Part shown: in pieces, positions 49,770 through 59,424 of the stretch
Numbering within the stretch: position 1 is the stretch's first letter
Layout of the letters: every line of letters starts with the position of its first letter
NCBI GenBank assembly: GCA_964462295.1
Contig: CAYWXH010000003.1
Span: 9,653-73,652 of the forward strand
Reading direction: 5' to 3'
Source: an uncultured Atribacterota bacterium
GTDB taxonomy: Bacteria > Atribacterota > JALVIU01
DNA: 64,000 nucleotides
Notes under the pieces: generated by a model
What the model saw: only the letters and a program-made list of their open reading frames with translations
Database searches by the model: none
Told to the model about the DNA's origin: nothing
Position numbers and translations under genes: made by a program

Positions 49770-50624
49770 ATGATTAATACTGATTTTTTGAAAAATAGGA
49801 AGTTAAGTGATGAGGATTACATTTTATTCAGGGATTTTATATATAAAAAGACAGGTATATTTTTCCCTGAATCAAAAAAACTTGCACTTGGGCATAAGTT
49901 ATACAAAAGACTTAAAGCTTTGGGACTAAACACCTTTAGGGAGTATTATGATTACCTTAATAAAAAAGCGGGAGAAGATGAGTTTAAGGAACTATTTGTG
50001 GTTCTTACAACTAATGAAACAAGTTTCTTTAGAACCCCGAAACATTTTGAGGCCTTAAAGAAAGTGATATTCCCTGAACTTATGGAAAAACATGAAAAAG
50101 ATGGAACAAGAAAGATAAGGGTCTGGTCTGCCGGATGTTCTATGGGAGAGGAGCCATATACTATAGCTATAACATATCTGGAATCGGCAGGGGTAAGAGC
50201 TAAAAAGTTTGATTTTAAAATTGTTGCTACAGATCTTAGTATAAAAGTGCTGAATATAGCGAAAGAAGGTGTTTATCCTGAGTCAGAGCTTGAAAAGGTA
50301 GATGAACCGCTAAGGGAAAAATATTTTACAAAGCTCCCTGATGGTTATTATAAGGTAAAAGATACATTAAAACGACTAATAGAATTTAAGACTCATAATC
50401 TCATTTCTGATCCCGGTTTCCCAGGTATGGATATAATATTTTGTAGAAATGTTATGATATACTTTGATAAAGAGGCAAAAACGAAAGTTGTAAAGAAATT
50501 CTATGATTCTTTGAATCCTGGGGGTTATTTCTTTGTTGGCCATGCAGAGTCTCTTTATGGAATCTCGAAAGAATTTAAATTTACAAAGATAGAAGGAGCG
50601 ATACTTTACAGGAAGGAATCATGA
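49770..50624 (+). CDS. cheR: Chemotaxis protein methyltransferase CheR
   Basis: SAM-binding VWSAGCSMGEEPYTIAI plus N-terminal CheR_N helices. ORF-track start 49761 is TTG. ATG 49770 with AAGGAG at 10-nt spacing preferred. Confidence 0.85.
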   Translation: MINTDFLKNRKLSDEDYILFRDFIYKKTGIFFPESKKLALGHKLYKRLKALGLNTFREYYDYLNKKAGEDEFKELFVVLTTNETSFFRTPKHFEALKKVIFPELMEKHEKDGTRKIRVWSAGCSMGEEPYTIAITYLESAGVRAKKFDFKIVATDLSIKVLNIAKEGVYPESELEKVDEPLREKYFTKLPDGYYKVKDTLKRLIEFKTHNLISDPGFPGMDIIFCRNVMIYFDKEAKTKVVKKFYDSLNPGGYFFVGHAESLYGISKEFKFTKIEGAILYRKES

Positions 50625-51661
50625 ATAAGATAAAAGTTTTAGTGGTTGATGATACTGCTTTAATGAGAAAGCTTATATCTGATATCCTTACAAGGGATCC
50701 TGAGATAGAAGTCATAGGTACAGCACCAGATGGTTACTTGGCAATACAAAAGATTAAAAGACTTAAACCAGATGTTGTAACTATGGATGTAGAGATGCCA
50801 AGAATGGATGGTCTTACTGCACTTTCTAAGATCATGGAAGAACATCCTGTCCCTGTAATAATGGTAAGTAGTCATACATATGAGGGGGCAAAAGTGACCC
50901 TTGAGGCACTCGAACTTGGTGCCTTTGATTTTATCCCTAAGCCTACGGGTATAAGGAGTGAAGCCTTTTCTATTATTGCTGATAATCTAATTGCAAAGGT
51001 AAAAGCTGCGGCAATGGCAAAATTGAAAAGAATAGAGAAAAAGAAAGAGGAAACAGAGACTCCAAGTATTAAAAAAATTGGGAGTAAAAAGTTTACGGCT
51101 AGTATAGTGGGTATAGGTATATCTACAGGGGGTCCCCCATCTTTGAGGACAATATTTAGGGAGTTTCCCGAAGATTATCCTATACCTATAACAGTAGTAC
51201 AGCATATGCCTCCTGGCTTTACCCGTGCACTTGCAGAGCGTTTGGACAAGATATCCAAGCTTCATGTAAAAGAGGCCGAACAGGGGGAGAGGCTGGAAAA
51301 GTACACAGCATATATAGCACCTGGAGATTACCATATGGAAATAAGAAATGGAAGAGTTGTTCTTAAGAAGGGTGAACGTATCTGGGGGCAAAGACCTGCA
51401 GCAGACCCTATGTTTTTTTCTATAGCAGAGGAGTATGGCAAATTTTCGCTTGGAGTAGTTATGACAGGTATGGGAAGAGATGGGGCACAAGGGCTTAAGA
51501 AAATAAAGGAGAGGGGTGGGAAAACTATAGCCCAAAACAAGGAGACATGTGTAGTTTTTGGGATGCCAAGGGTGGCAATCGAAGAAGGTAGTGTCGACCT
51601 TGTAGTACCCCTTGAAGAGATTCCTGATGCTATTATTAAAATGAGTATTAAGGAGGAGTGA
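50621..51661 (+). CDS. cheB: Protein-glutamate methylesterase / response regulator CheB
   Basis: 346 aa. REC domain (VLVVDD..D..MP.MDG). Methylesterase domain (IGISTGGP, HM, GMGRDG). Confidence 0.85.
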   Translation: MNKIKVLVVDDTALMRKLISDILTRDPEIEVIGTAPDGYLAIQKIKRLKPDVVTMDVEMPRMDGLTALSKIMEEHPVPVIMVSSHTYEGAKVTLEALELGAFDFIPKPTGIRSEAFSIIADNLIAKVKAAAMAKLKRIEKKKEETETPSIKKIGSKKFTASIVGIGISTGGPPSLRTIFREFPEDYPIPITVVQHMPPGFTRALAERLDKISKLHVKEAEQGERLEKYTAYIAPGDYHMEIRNGRVVLKKGERIWGQRPAADPMFFSIAEEYGKFSLGVVMTGMGRDGAQGLKKIKERGGKTIAQNKETCVVFGMPRVAIEEGSVDLVVPLEEIPDAIIKMSIKEE

Positions 51662-53850
51662 CTATGGGAGATACTTATGATACCAGCCAATATATAAGCA
51701 TATTTCTCTCAGAGGCTGAAGACCAACTTGAGAAAATAGAACAGGCTCTTTTAGAATTAGAAAAAGAAAGTGATAATAAAGAAGTATTAAATGAGATGTT
51801 TAGATATTTCCATACCCTTAAAGGTTCATCTGCAGCTATGGGGTTCACCCTCATGTCAGAGGTGGCCCACAAAGGTGAAAATATCTTGGATAAGATTAGA
51901 AAAGGAGAGATGGAAGTTACCTCAGATATAGTCGATCTCATGTTTGAATGCTTGGATACCCTAAATGCTATGAAGGATATGATAGAAAATGGAGAAGAGC
52001 CTGTAATGGATGTAGATGAACTATTGGAAAAGTTAGAAAAGGCAGCATCAGGCACTCCTTCTTCATCTACCGATAAAAAAGAAAAAGAAGAAGTAAAAGA
52101 GGAACAAAAAGAAGAACCTCAGGAAAGGAGCTTTGAGGGGGATATAGGGATAGAGTTGAATGAATACGATAAGTTAGTCCTCGAAGAGGCAGAACAGAAG
52201 GGCTTAAATATTTATTATATAGAGGTCACCTTATCTTCAGAGACACTCATGAAAGCAGTAAGGGCATTTATGGTATTTAATAAATTAAAGGAAATGGGAG
52301 AAGTAGTAAAATCCGTACCTGATGCCTCTGACCTTGAAGCAGAAAAGTTTGATAGAGATTTTAAACTTATATTTATCTCGAAAGAAGATAAAGATGTTGT
52401 TTATAAAGCAATAGCTAATATCTCTGAAATAGAAAGGGTTGAGATAAAGCCCTTGAAGGCAAAAGAGGCTATCTCTGGAAAAGGATCTCAACCTTTGGAG
52501 GAAAAGACGGTTCCAAAAGAGGAGACAAAAAAAGAGCAAGATGTAAAAAAGGTAGAAAAAACTGCTCAAACACAACCCAAGGCTGCAAAAGATAAAGCTC
52601 AGGCAAAACCTCAAAAGAAACAAGAACATACCATAAGGGTAAGTATAGAAAAGTTAGATGTGCTTTTGAACCTGGTAGGGGAGCTTGTTATAGATAGAAG
52701 TAAACTTGCCCAGATTGGGGAGATTTTAGAGGCAAGGTATAAAGAAAGTGAAATATCAGATGAACTTCGTGATACAGTATCTCATATTGAGAGAATAGCA
52801 AATGACCTTCAGGAAAATATAATGAAGGCAAGGATGCTTCCTATAGGTCAGTTATTTAGTAGATTTCCTCGAATGATGAGGGATCTTTCCCGGAAAATGG
52901 GGAAAAAGATAAACTTCATCATGAGCGGTGAAGACACAGAACTTGATAGAACTGTGATAGAAGAAATGGGAGACCTCCTTATACATCTTTTGAGAAATGC
53001 TGTAGATCATGGAATAGAACCAGAAGAAGAAAGGATTGCAAAAGGAAAAGATCCTGTAGGTACTATAAAGTTAAGCGCAAGGCATGAAGAGAGTCATATT
53101 ATAATAGAGATTGAGGACGATGGAGGGGGAATAGACCCTGAAAAGATAAAAGAGGCAGCGATTCGTAAGGGTTTTGCAACACCTGAGGAACTTTCAAGAC
53201 TTTCAGATGAGGAGATTATAAACTTTATCTTTTTACCTGGATTTAGTTCTGCAAAAAAGGTTACAGATGTCTCAGGTAGGGGTGTTGGTCTTGATGCAGT
53301 AAAAGATGGAATTGAGCGCCTTAAAGGTCAGATAGAGGTAGAGTCAGTACCAGGTAAAGGAAGTAAGTTTATATTGAAACTCCCACTAACCCTTGCTATA
53401 ATAAAGGCGCTCTTAGTTGAGGCTATAAATATTACTTTTGCAATTCCACTTATCTCTGTGGAAGAGATTATAAGGATAAAAAATGAGGAGATTCCTTCTC
53501 GTGTTAAAATGGTTAAGGGCCATAGGGTAATTAAATTAAGGGGAATGGTATTGCCCTTGGTAAGTATGGGTGAGATATTTGATATGGAAGATAAGGAAAA
53601 GGACCCTGATAGGATGCTTATAGTAGTTGTAAAAGCTGATCAGAGAAAACTTGGAATAATAGTTGATGAACTTATAGGAGGTCAAGATGTAGTAATTAAG
53701 AGCTTAGGGGCTTATCTTGGAAAGGGTAGGCTCTTTGGAAAGATTCCAGGGCTTGCAGGTTCCACAATACTGGGAAGTGGAAAGGTGGCCCTTATTCTGG
53801 ATATAGCTACTTTAGTAAAAGATATCGAAAAAAAGACAAGGAGGGAATAA
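51658..53850 (+). CDS. cheA: Chemotaxis histidine kinase CheA
   Basis: 730 aa. P1 Hpt (FHTLKGSSAAMG). P3/P4 HATPase (HLLRNAVDHG, GRGVGLD). P5 CheW-like domain. Confidence 0.9.
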   Translation: MTMGDTYDTSQYISIFLSEAEDQLEKIEQALLELEKESDNKEVLNEMFRYFHTLKGSSAAMGFTLMSEVAHKGENILDKIRKGEMEVTSDIVDLMFECLDTLNAMKDMIENGEEPVMDVDELLEKLEKAASGTPSSSTDKKEKEEVKEEQKEEPQERSFEGDIGIELNEYDKLVLEEAEQKGLNIYYIEVTLSSETLMKAVRAFMVFNKLKEMGEVVKSVPDASDLEAEKFDRDFKLIFISKEDKDVVYKAIANISEIERVEIKPLKAKEAISGKGSQPLEEKTVPKEETKKEQDVKKVEKTAQTQPKAAKDKAQAKPQKKQEHTIRVSIEKLDVLLNLVGELVIDRSKLAQIGEILEARYKESEISDELRDTVSHIERIANDLQENIMKARMLPIGQLFSRFPRMMRDLSRKMGKKINFIMSGEDTELDRTVIEEMGDLLIHLLRNAVDHGIEPEEERIAKGKDPVGTIKLSARHEESHIIIEIEDDGGGIDPEKIKEAAIRKGFATPEELSRLSDEEIINFIFLPGFSSAKKVTDVSGRGVGLDAVKDGIERLKGQIEVESVPGKGSKFILKLPLTLAIIKALLVEAINITFAIPLISVEEIIRIKNEEIPSRVKMVKGHRVIKLRGMVLPLVSMGEIFDMEDKEKDPDRMLIVVVKADQRKLGIIVDELIGGQDVVIKSLGAYLGKGRLFGKIPGLAGSTILGSGKVALILDIATLVKDIEKKTRRE

Positions 53851-53853
53851 AAA

Positions 53854-54216
53854 ATGGGTGCTCGCATATTAATTGTGGATGATGCTGCATTTATGAGAAT
53901 GATGATAAAAAATATTCTTACAAGCAATGGTTATGAAGTTGTAGGAGAGGCAGAAAATGGTCTTCAGGCAGTTGAAAAATATAAAGAATTAAAACCAGAT
54001 CTTGTTACTATGGATATTACAATGCCTGAAATGGATGGTATTGCGGCAGTTAAAGAGATAAAAAAGATCGATCCTAATGCAAGAATTATTATGTGTAGTG
54101 CAATGGGACAACAATCTATGGTAATTGAGGCTATTCAGGCAGGGGCCAAAGATTTTATAGTAAAGCCTTTTAATCCTCAAAGGGTTTTAGAAGCCGTAGA
54201 AAAAGCTTTATCCTAG
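53854..54216 (+). CDS. cheY: Chemotaxis response regulator CheY
   Basis: 120 aa single REC domain (ILIVDDAAFMR, DITMPEMDG, K at ~aa 104). Confidence 0.85.
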   Translation: MGARILIVDDAAFMRMMIKNILTSNGYEVVGEAENGLQAVEKYKELKPDLVTMDITMPEMDGIAAVKEIKKIDPNARIIMCSAMGQQSMVIEAIQAGAKDFIVKPFNPQRVLEAVEKALS

Positions 54217-54223
54217 CTTTAAG

Positions 54224-55312
54224 ATGAGGTGGGTTTCTTTAAAATTTGTCAAGCCACATATGCGCTTGGCCAAGTCTATATATTCATCAGATGGTAGGGT
54301 ACTCCTTGCAGCAGGGATTGAATTAAATGAGCGTTTTATTCAACGACTCAGAGAGCTTGGGATAAATGGGGCTTATATTGAAGATGGTATAACTGAAGAT
54401 ATTATAGTTGAGGATGTAATATCTGATAAGACAAGACTTGAGGCTATACATACAATTAGAAATATAATGGAAGAGATAGATATAGAAAAGTGTATAGATG
54501 AAGAGGCTAAGGAAAGAATAAAAGTAGATCTTGCACGGGGTGCAGTTTCAAAGATTCTTGATGACCTAAGTTTGAATAGAGACTTGATAGTTAGCCTTTT
54601 GGATCTTAGGTCTTATAATGATTATACATTTGCCCATTCGGTTAATGTAACAATTCTTTCTCTGGTTTTAGGTGTCGCACTTTCTCTTAATGAACTTGAA
54701 ATAAAGGACCTGGGCATAGGGGCCTTACTTCATGATGTAGGTATGGCAAGAATTCCAAAGAAAATATACCTAAAACCAGGTCCTCTTACCAAAAAAGAGT
54801 ATGAAATAATAAAAGAACACCCAAGGATCGGATTTGATCTTTTGAGATGGAATCAGGATATAAGCCTGGTTGCCGCTCATGTGGCGTATCAGCATCATGA
54901 GAGGATGAATGGTACAGGGTATCCGAGAAAACTCGAAGGAGATCGTATACATAGATTTGCTCAAATTACCATGGTTTCCGATGTGTATGATTCTTTAACA
55001 TCAGATAGGGTATATAGAAAAAGGGTGTTGCCACATGAGGCGGTGGAATATCTTATGGGAGGAGCAGGCACACTCTTTAGTTTAAGGGTGGTAGAGGCAT
55101 TTGTAAAACATGTAGCTATATATCCTATAGGTGTAATGATAAGATTGAATACAGGAGAAAAAGGAGTGGTCGCAAAAATAAATAAACCTCTTCTTGCACG
55201 GCCTGTGATAAAGATTATACAGGATAAAGATGGGAATCCATTAAAAAATCCCAAATTAATAGACCTCTCCAAAGAGTTTACATTATCAATAGTTGAGGTG
55301 TTGGAAGGTTAG
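54224..55312 (+). CDS. HD-GYP domain protein (probable c-di-GMP phosphodiesterase)
   Basis: 362 aa. HSVNV..HDVGM..HHERMNGTGYP HD-GYP signature. 7-nt gap after cheY. Confidence 0.8.
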   Translation: MRWVSLKFVKPHMRLAKSIYSSDGRVLLAAGIELNERFIQRLRELGINGAYIEDGITEDIIVEDVISDKTRLEAIHTIRNIMEEIDIEKCIDEEAKERIKVDLARGAVSKILDDLSLNRDLIVSLLDLRSYNDYTFAHSVNVTILSLVLGVALSLNELEIKDLGIGALLHDVGMARIPKKIYLKPGPLTKKEYEIIKEHPRIGFDLLRWNQDISLVAAHVAYQHHERMNGTGYPRKLEGDRIHRFAQITMVSDVYDSLTSDRVYRKRVLPHEAVEYLMGGAGTLFSLRVVEAFVKHVAIYPIGVMIRLNTGEKGVVAKINKPLLARPVIKIIQDKDGNPLKNPKLIDLSKEFTLSIVEVLEG

Positions 55313-56063
55313 TTATTATCTCTTTATTACGATCATTTTTATATTTGGCCTTATTTTGGGAAGTTTTTTTAATGTATGTATATATAGGATCCCAAGAAGA
55401 GAGTCTATTATATTTCCTCCCTCTCATTGTCCAAAATGCGGTACCCCTTTAAAATTTTATGATAATATTCCTGTAGTAAGCTATCTTTTATTAGGGGGCA
55501 GATGTAGATACTGTAAGGAGAAAATATCTCCAATATATCCTATTACAGAACTTACCACAGGAATATTGTATGTAGGGCTTTACATACATTACGGTACCAA
55601 TCTATTTTTATTTTTTACCTTTCTTATCTTTGTATCTTTTCTTATAATAATTACATTTATAGATTTGGAACATATGATAATTCCAGATATCTTAGTATTT
55701 CCAGGAATTTTTATAGGCCTTTTGCTTTCATTGATAAGGGGAGATACAATTTTTTTAGATAGCCTCCTTGGCCTTTTGATCGGGGGAGGTGTTATATTTT
55801 TGATAGTTTTTCTAAGTAGAGGTGGAATGGGAGAGGGTGATATAAAACTTTCTGCAATGATTGGAAGTTTTTTGGGGGTAAAATTTACAATTATTACACT
55901 TTTGTCATCCTTTATTTTAGGAGGAATTGTGGGGATTCTCTTGCTTTTCCTTAAGATTAAAAGTAGAAAGGACCCCATACCTTTTGGGCCATTTCTTGCC
56001 TTAGGGGCTATTTTATCTTTATTTTGGGGCCAAACAATTGCAAATATATGGGGGTGGTATTAA
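55293..56063 (+). CDS. Prepilin peptidase (peptidase A24, PilD/TadV-like)
   Basis: 256 aa. N-terminal TM then GSFFNV..R.P, CPKCG..CRYC zinc motif, polytopic C-terminal half with a catalytic Asp region. No in-frame ATG; TTG start overlapping the HD-GYP gene by 20 nt. Confidence 0.7.
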   Translation: MRCWKVSYYLFITIIFIFGLILGSFFNVCIYRIPRRESIIFPPSHCPKCGTPLKFYDNIPVVSYLLLGGRCRYCKEKISPIYPITELTTGILYVGLYIHYGTNLFLFFTFLIFVSFLIIITFIDLEHMIIPDILVFPGIFIGLLLSLIRGDTIFLDSLLGLLIGGGVIFLIVFLSRGGMGEGDIKLSAMIGSFLGVKFTIITLLSSFILGGIVGILLLFLKIKSRKDPIPFGPFLALGAILSLFWGQTIANIWGWY

Positions 56064-57188
56064 ATGGAAGTATCAAGACTAAATAAAATACCAGAGCCGA
56101 TATCTATTGAGATAGATAGTATATTTGAAGAACTCTCTGATAGGGAAAAAAGAGATGTTGATAGAGAAATTTTAGGTCTTTCTATTACTCCCTTTGATAT
56201 ACTTAATGAAACACTATCAGGTATAAGACCAGGATTCTACTATGGTATAGCGGGTGCACCCAGAAGAGGTAAGACAAACCTTACTTTGGAGCTTGGGTTA
56301 TTGGTTGCAAAAAATAATAAGATCCCAGTACTTTTCTATTCATGGGAACAGACTAGAAAGGTATTGGTAGCAAGACTGTTGTCTAAAAAAAGTGGTATAC
56401 CCCCTGCGCTTATTATGGGAGAAAATATATATAAAAGACCTGAACTTAAAGAAAAACTTGAAGATGCAAGAGAAGAACTTAGAGAGGTTTCAGAATGGTT
56501 TTATATGGTTGAAGCAGGAAGGATGCACAAAATATCCAGAATTCGTGAAGATGCTATGCGTATAATGGATATGAAAAAAACAGATAAGATTGCTATATTT
56601 ATAGATTATTTACAAAAAGTGCCCCCGGAAAAACCTGTACAAGATATGTCTTATCGTATAGATGATATATCTGCTGGACTTGCCGAACTTAGCCTTGAGC
56701 TTAGCTCCCCAGTATTTGCTATCTCTTCTCTTAATAAAGAGGGACTTAAATTGGATGAGACAGAGGATGATTCTCGTCCCACTATGCATCACTGTACAGG
56801 GAGTGGAGACCTTGAATATGATCTAGATGTTGCCATGATTTTATCTAAGGATTGGCCAGATACGAAAAGTTTAAAAAAACAGATAGATGAAAGGCTTAAG
56901 GCCCAAGGTATTGACCCTTATTCTTACCCTATGCCAAGGATAGATGTTATAAATATGTTTATAGATAAAAATAGAGATGCTATACCTGGTGTCTCAGATA
57001 TTATTCAATATCTATTTTTTATAGACCAGAATATGTATTTGGAGATAGGATATAAGCTTCCTGTAGAGATGGACCCATCTAAATTTAATAGATATGTAAA
57101 AATTGAGAAGATTATAGATACTTTAGTTGAGAAAGGGTTAATCTTCCAGGATCTTGAACAATGGAAAAAGAAAAGTTTAAAGATATAG
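56064..57188 (+). CDS. RecA-superfamily ATPase with a DnaB-helicase-C-terminal-like (KaiC-like) core and a ~110-aa C-terminal domain of unknown function
   Basis: 374 aa. Walker A GIAGAPRRGKTNL. Walker B IAIFIDYLQ (DnaB-like hhhhDYLQ). ATG directly follows the prepilin peptidase stop. 28-nt overlap with the downstream sigma factor gene. Confidence 0.5.
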   Translation: MEVSRLNKIPEPISIEIDSIFEELSDREKRDVDREILGLSITPFDILNETLSGIRPGFYYGIAGAPRRGKTNLTLELGLLVAKNNKIPVLFYSWEQTRKVLVARLLSKKSGIPPALIMGENIYKRPELKEKLEDAREELREVSEWFYMVEAGRMHKISRIREDAMRIMDMKKTDKIAIFIDYLQKVPPEKPVQDMSYRIDDISAGLAELSLELSSPVFAISSLNKEGLKLDETEDDSRPTMHHCTGSGDLEYDLDVAMILSKDWPDTKSLKKQIDERLKAQGIDPYSYPMPRIDVINMFIDKNRDAIPGVSDIIQYLFFIDQNMYLEIGYKLPVEMDPSKFNRYVKIEKIIDTLVEKGLIFQDLEQWKKKSLKI

Positions 57189-57856
57189 AAACTTTTTTTC
57201 CATTAGTCGAAAAGATTGCACGAAAATACAAAAAATCTCACATAGAACTTGATGATCTCCGTCAACAGGGAATGGTAGGACTTTTAGAGGCTCTACGTGC
57301 ATATGATCCAGAAAGAGAAAAAACCTTATTTGCATTTGTGTCAAAATATATAGAGGGCTCTATAAGGCATTATATAAGGGATAAGTCTACACTCATTAGA
57401 TATCCAAGGTGGTTTAGGGCATTGGCAAAGCGCATAGAGAATTTTATAGTAGATTTTAAAGAAAAAAGTGGGAGGCCACCTTCTATTTCCGAGATAGGAG
57501 AATCTTTAAATATTCAAGAAGATGGAATAAGGGAATATTTTCGAATAAAAACACTCCTTTATTTTCAATATTTTGAAGATAGTGAAAATAAACAAAATAT
57601 TGATTATAAATCTTTACGGACAAAGATAAGACATAAGACTTATGAAAGCTTTAAACTTCCTATAGAGGATATACTTACACTCTATGATGCCATAGATACA
57701 CTTTCAGAATTGAAGAAAAAGGTCGTTTATTATATATTTTTTCAAGGGTACACACATAAAGAAACAGCAGAGGAGATCGGTATATCAGAGAGACATGTTT
57801 CCCGGATGAAGAAAGAAGCACTTAATGAGCTTAAGGACAAATTAAAAGACAATTAA
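57161..57856 (+). CDS. Sigma-70-family alternative sigma factor (group 3, SigB/SigF-like)
   Basis: 231 aa. Region 2 (DLRQQGMVGLLEALRAYDPERE..FAF). Region 4.2 ISERHVSRMKKEAL. Distinct from the fliA product upstream. Confidence 0.75.
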   Translation: MEKEKFKDIETFFPLVEKIARKYKKSHIELDDLRQQGMVGLLEALRAYDPEREKTLFAFVSKYIEGSIRHYIRDKSTLIRYPRWFRALAKRIENFIVDFKEKSGRPPSISEIGESLNIQEDGIREYFRIKTLLYFQYFEDSENKQNIDYKSLRTKIRHKTYESFKLPIEDILTLYDAIDTLSELKKKVVYYIFFQGYTHKETAEEIGISERHVSRMKKEALNELKDKLKDN

Positions 57857-57858
57857 CC

Positions 57859-57887
57859 TTGACATATATAGGTCCTTGTGTTAAACT
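57859..57887 (+). promoter_or_regulatory. Sigma-70-type promoter for the amino-acid ABC transporter operon
   Basis: TTGACA (57859-57864), 17-nt spacer, TAAACT (57882-57887). Confidence 0.5.
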
Positions 57888-57934
57888 ATTTTTCAAAATA
57901 ATTTTTAGTATGAAAATAAAAAGGAGGTTGTGAA

Positions 57935-58696
57935 ATGTTGAAAAAAGTAGCTCTTGTGACCTTTGTTTTAATTTTTGCTTTTTCTTTAGTCTCTTTTGCA
58001 GGTACATATGATGAGATCATGAAAAGTGGTGTAATAAAAGTAGGTAATGATGCTACATATGCACCATTTGAATATCGCAATTTTAAAAATGAAATAGTAG
58101 GTTTTGATATTGATCTCTTAAAAGAACTTGTAAAGGAGATGGGCAATCTTAAGTTGGAAATTATTGATACTGCATGGGATGGTATTATCCCTGGTCTTTT
58201 ATCCAAAAAGTATGATATGATTATGTCTGCTATGACTATTACTAAAGAAAGGGCAAAAAAGGTTACCTTCTCTGACCCATACTTTGAAACAGGACAAGTA
58301 ATAGTTGTTGCAAAAGATAGAGATGATATAAAAACCGTAAAAGATCTTGAAGGCAAAGTTATAGCTGTACAGCTTGGTACAACAGGTGATTTTGCTGCAA
58401 GTAAGATTAAAGGGGCAAAAATAAAGAGATTTGATACTATTGATAAGGCATATTTTGAAGTAATGCTCGGCAGGGCTGATGCAGTTGTCAACGACCTTGC
58501 ACAGAGTGCATATGGTATTAAGAGATTCCCTCTTAAGATTGTAGGTAAGCCATTTACCGTAGAATATTATGGCATAGCCATGAGAAAAGAGGATAAAGAC
58601 CTTCATAAAGCAGTAAATGCTGCCTTAAAGAAGTTGAAAGAAAATGGAACTTATGATAAAATATATGAAAAATGGTTTGGAAAGAAGGCAAAGTAA
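57935..58696 (+). CDS. Polar amino acid ABC transporter substrate-binding protein (family 3)
   Basis: 253 aa. Signal peptide. SBP_bac_3 motifs (GFDIDL, KYDMIMSAMTIT..R). SD AAGGAGG. Confidence 0.85.
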   Translation: MLKKVALVTFVLIFAFSLVSFAGTYDEIMKSGVIKVGNDATYAPFEYRNFKNEIVGFDIDLLKELVKEMGNLKLEIIDTAWDGIIPGLLSKKYDMIMSAMTITKERAKKVTFSDPYFETGQVIVVAKDRDDIKTVKDLEGKVIAVQLGTTGDFAASKIKGAKIKRFDTIDKAYFEVMLGRADAVVNDLAQSAYGIKRFPLKIVGKPFTVEYYGIAMRKEDKDLHKAVNAALKKLKENGTYDKIYEKWFGKKAK

Positions 58697-58725
58697 AAAA
58701 TAATTGAACTATAATTAAAATTTAT

Positions 58726-58749
58726 AATGCTCCCCATATGGGGAGCATT
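58726..58749 (+). promoter_or_regulatory. Perfect 10-bp hairpin aatgctcccc-atat-ggggagcatt between the binding-protein and permease genes. Intercistronic attenuator or RNA-stability element.
   Basis: Read directly. Contains the ORF-track ATG 58738. The next ATG, 58750, is preferred as the permease start. Confidence 0.5.
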
Positions 58750-59424
58750 ATGTTTAAGGAGGATGAATTGCACCTTGATTTTAATGTACTAATACAATCA
58801 TTTCCTTATCTTTTGGCAGGGGCTTGGATGACGGTAAAGATTACATCTTTATCCGTTGCAGTCGGGATTGTTATAGGGATAATTGGAGGACTTATGAGAG
58901 TCTCTAAAAATCCTATTCTTTATTGGATTTCTACGGTATATGTGGAGATTATAAGAGGGACCCCTCTGCTTGTTCAGATTTTTATTGTATATTTTGGTCT
59001 TCCATCTTTAGGCTTAAAACTCACACCTTATCTTTCTGCAGTTGCGGCACTTGGGATAAACAGTGGTGCATATGTTTCTGAAATAGTAAGGGGTGGAATA
59101 CAATCTATCTCACGAGGGCAGATGGAGGCCGCAAGATCTTTGGGTATGAGTTATGTTCAGGCAATGCGTTATGTTATCCTCCCTCAGGCTCTTGTTAGGA
59201 TTCTACCCCCACTGGGAAATGAATTTATAGCACTACTCAAAGACTCGTCATTGGTATCTACTATTGCTATTGCAGAACTTACCCGTGTAGGACAACAGAT
59301 TATAACAAGAACATTTCAGTCATTCGAAATATGGACAGGTGTTGCACTTTTTTATTTTGTAATGACATTTATTATGTCAAGGATAGTAAGATTTTTAGAA
59401 AGTAGGTTGGCTATCAATGACTAG
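58750..59424 (+). CDS. Polar amino acid ABC transporter permease (His/Glu/Gln/Arg/opine family)
   Basis: EAA loop region [20 protein letters not shown]. 5-6 TM helices. Confidence 0.85.
   Translation: MFKEDELHLDFNVLIQSFPYLLAGAWMTVKITSLSVAVGIVIGIIGGLMRVSKNPILYWISTVYVEIIRGTPLLVQIFIVYFGLPSLGLKLTPYLSAVAALGINSGAYVSEIVRGGIQSISRGQMEAARSLGMSYVQAMRYVILPQALVRILPPLGNEFIALLKDSSLVSTIAIAELTRVGQQIITRTFQSFEIWTGVALFYFVMTFIMSRIVRFLESRLAIND

Noticed and set aside
52000-52700. Low-complexity K/E-rich and purine-rich DNA repeat inside cheA
   Set aside because: It corresponds to the flexible P1-P2/P2-P3 linkers of CheA (EEKEEVKEEQKEE...), a normal feature, not a repeat element.
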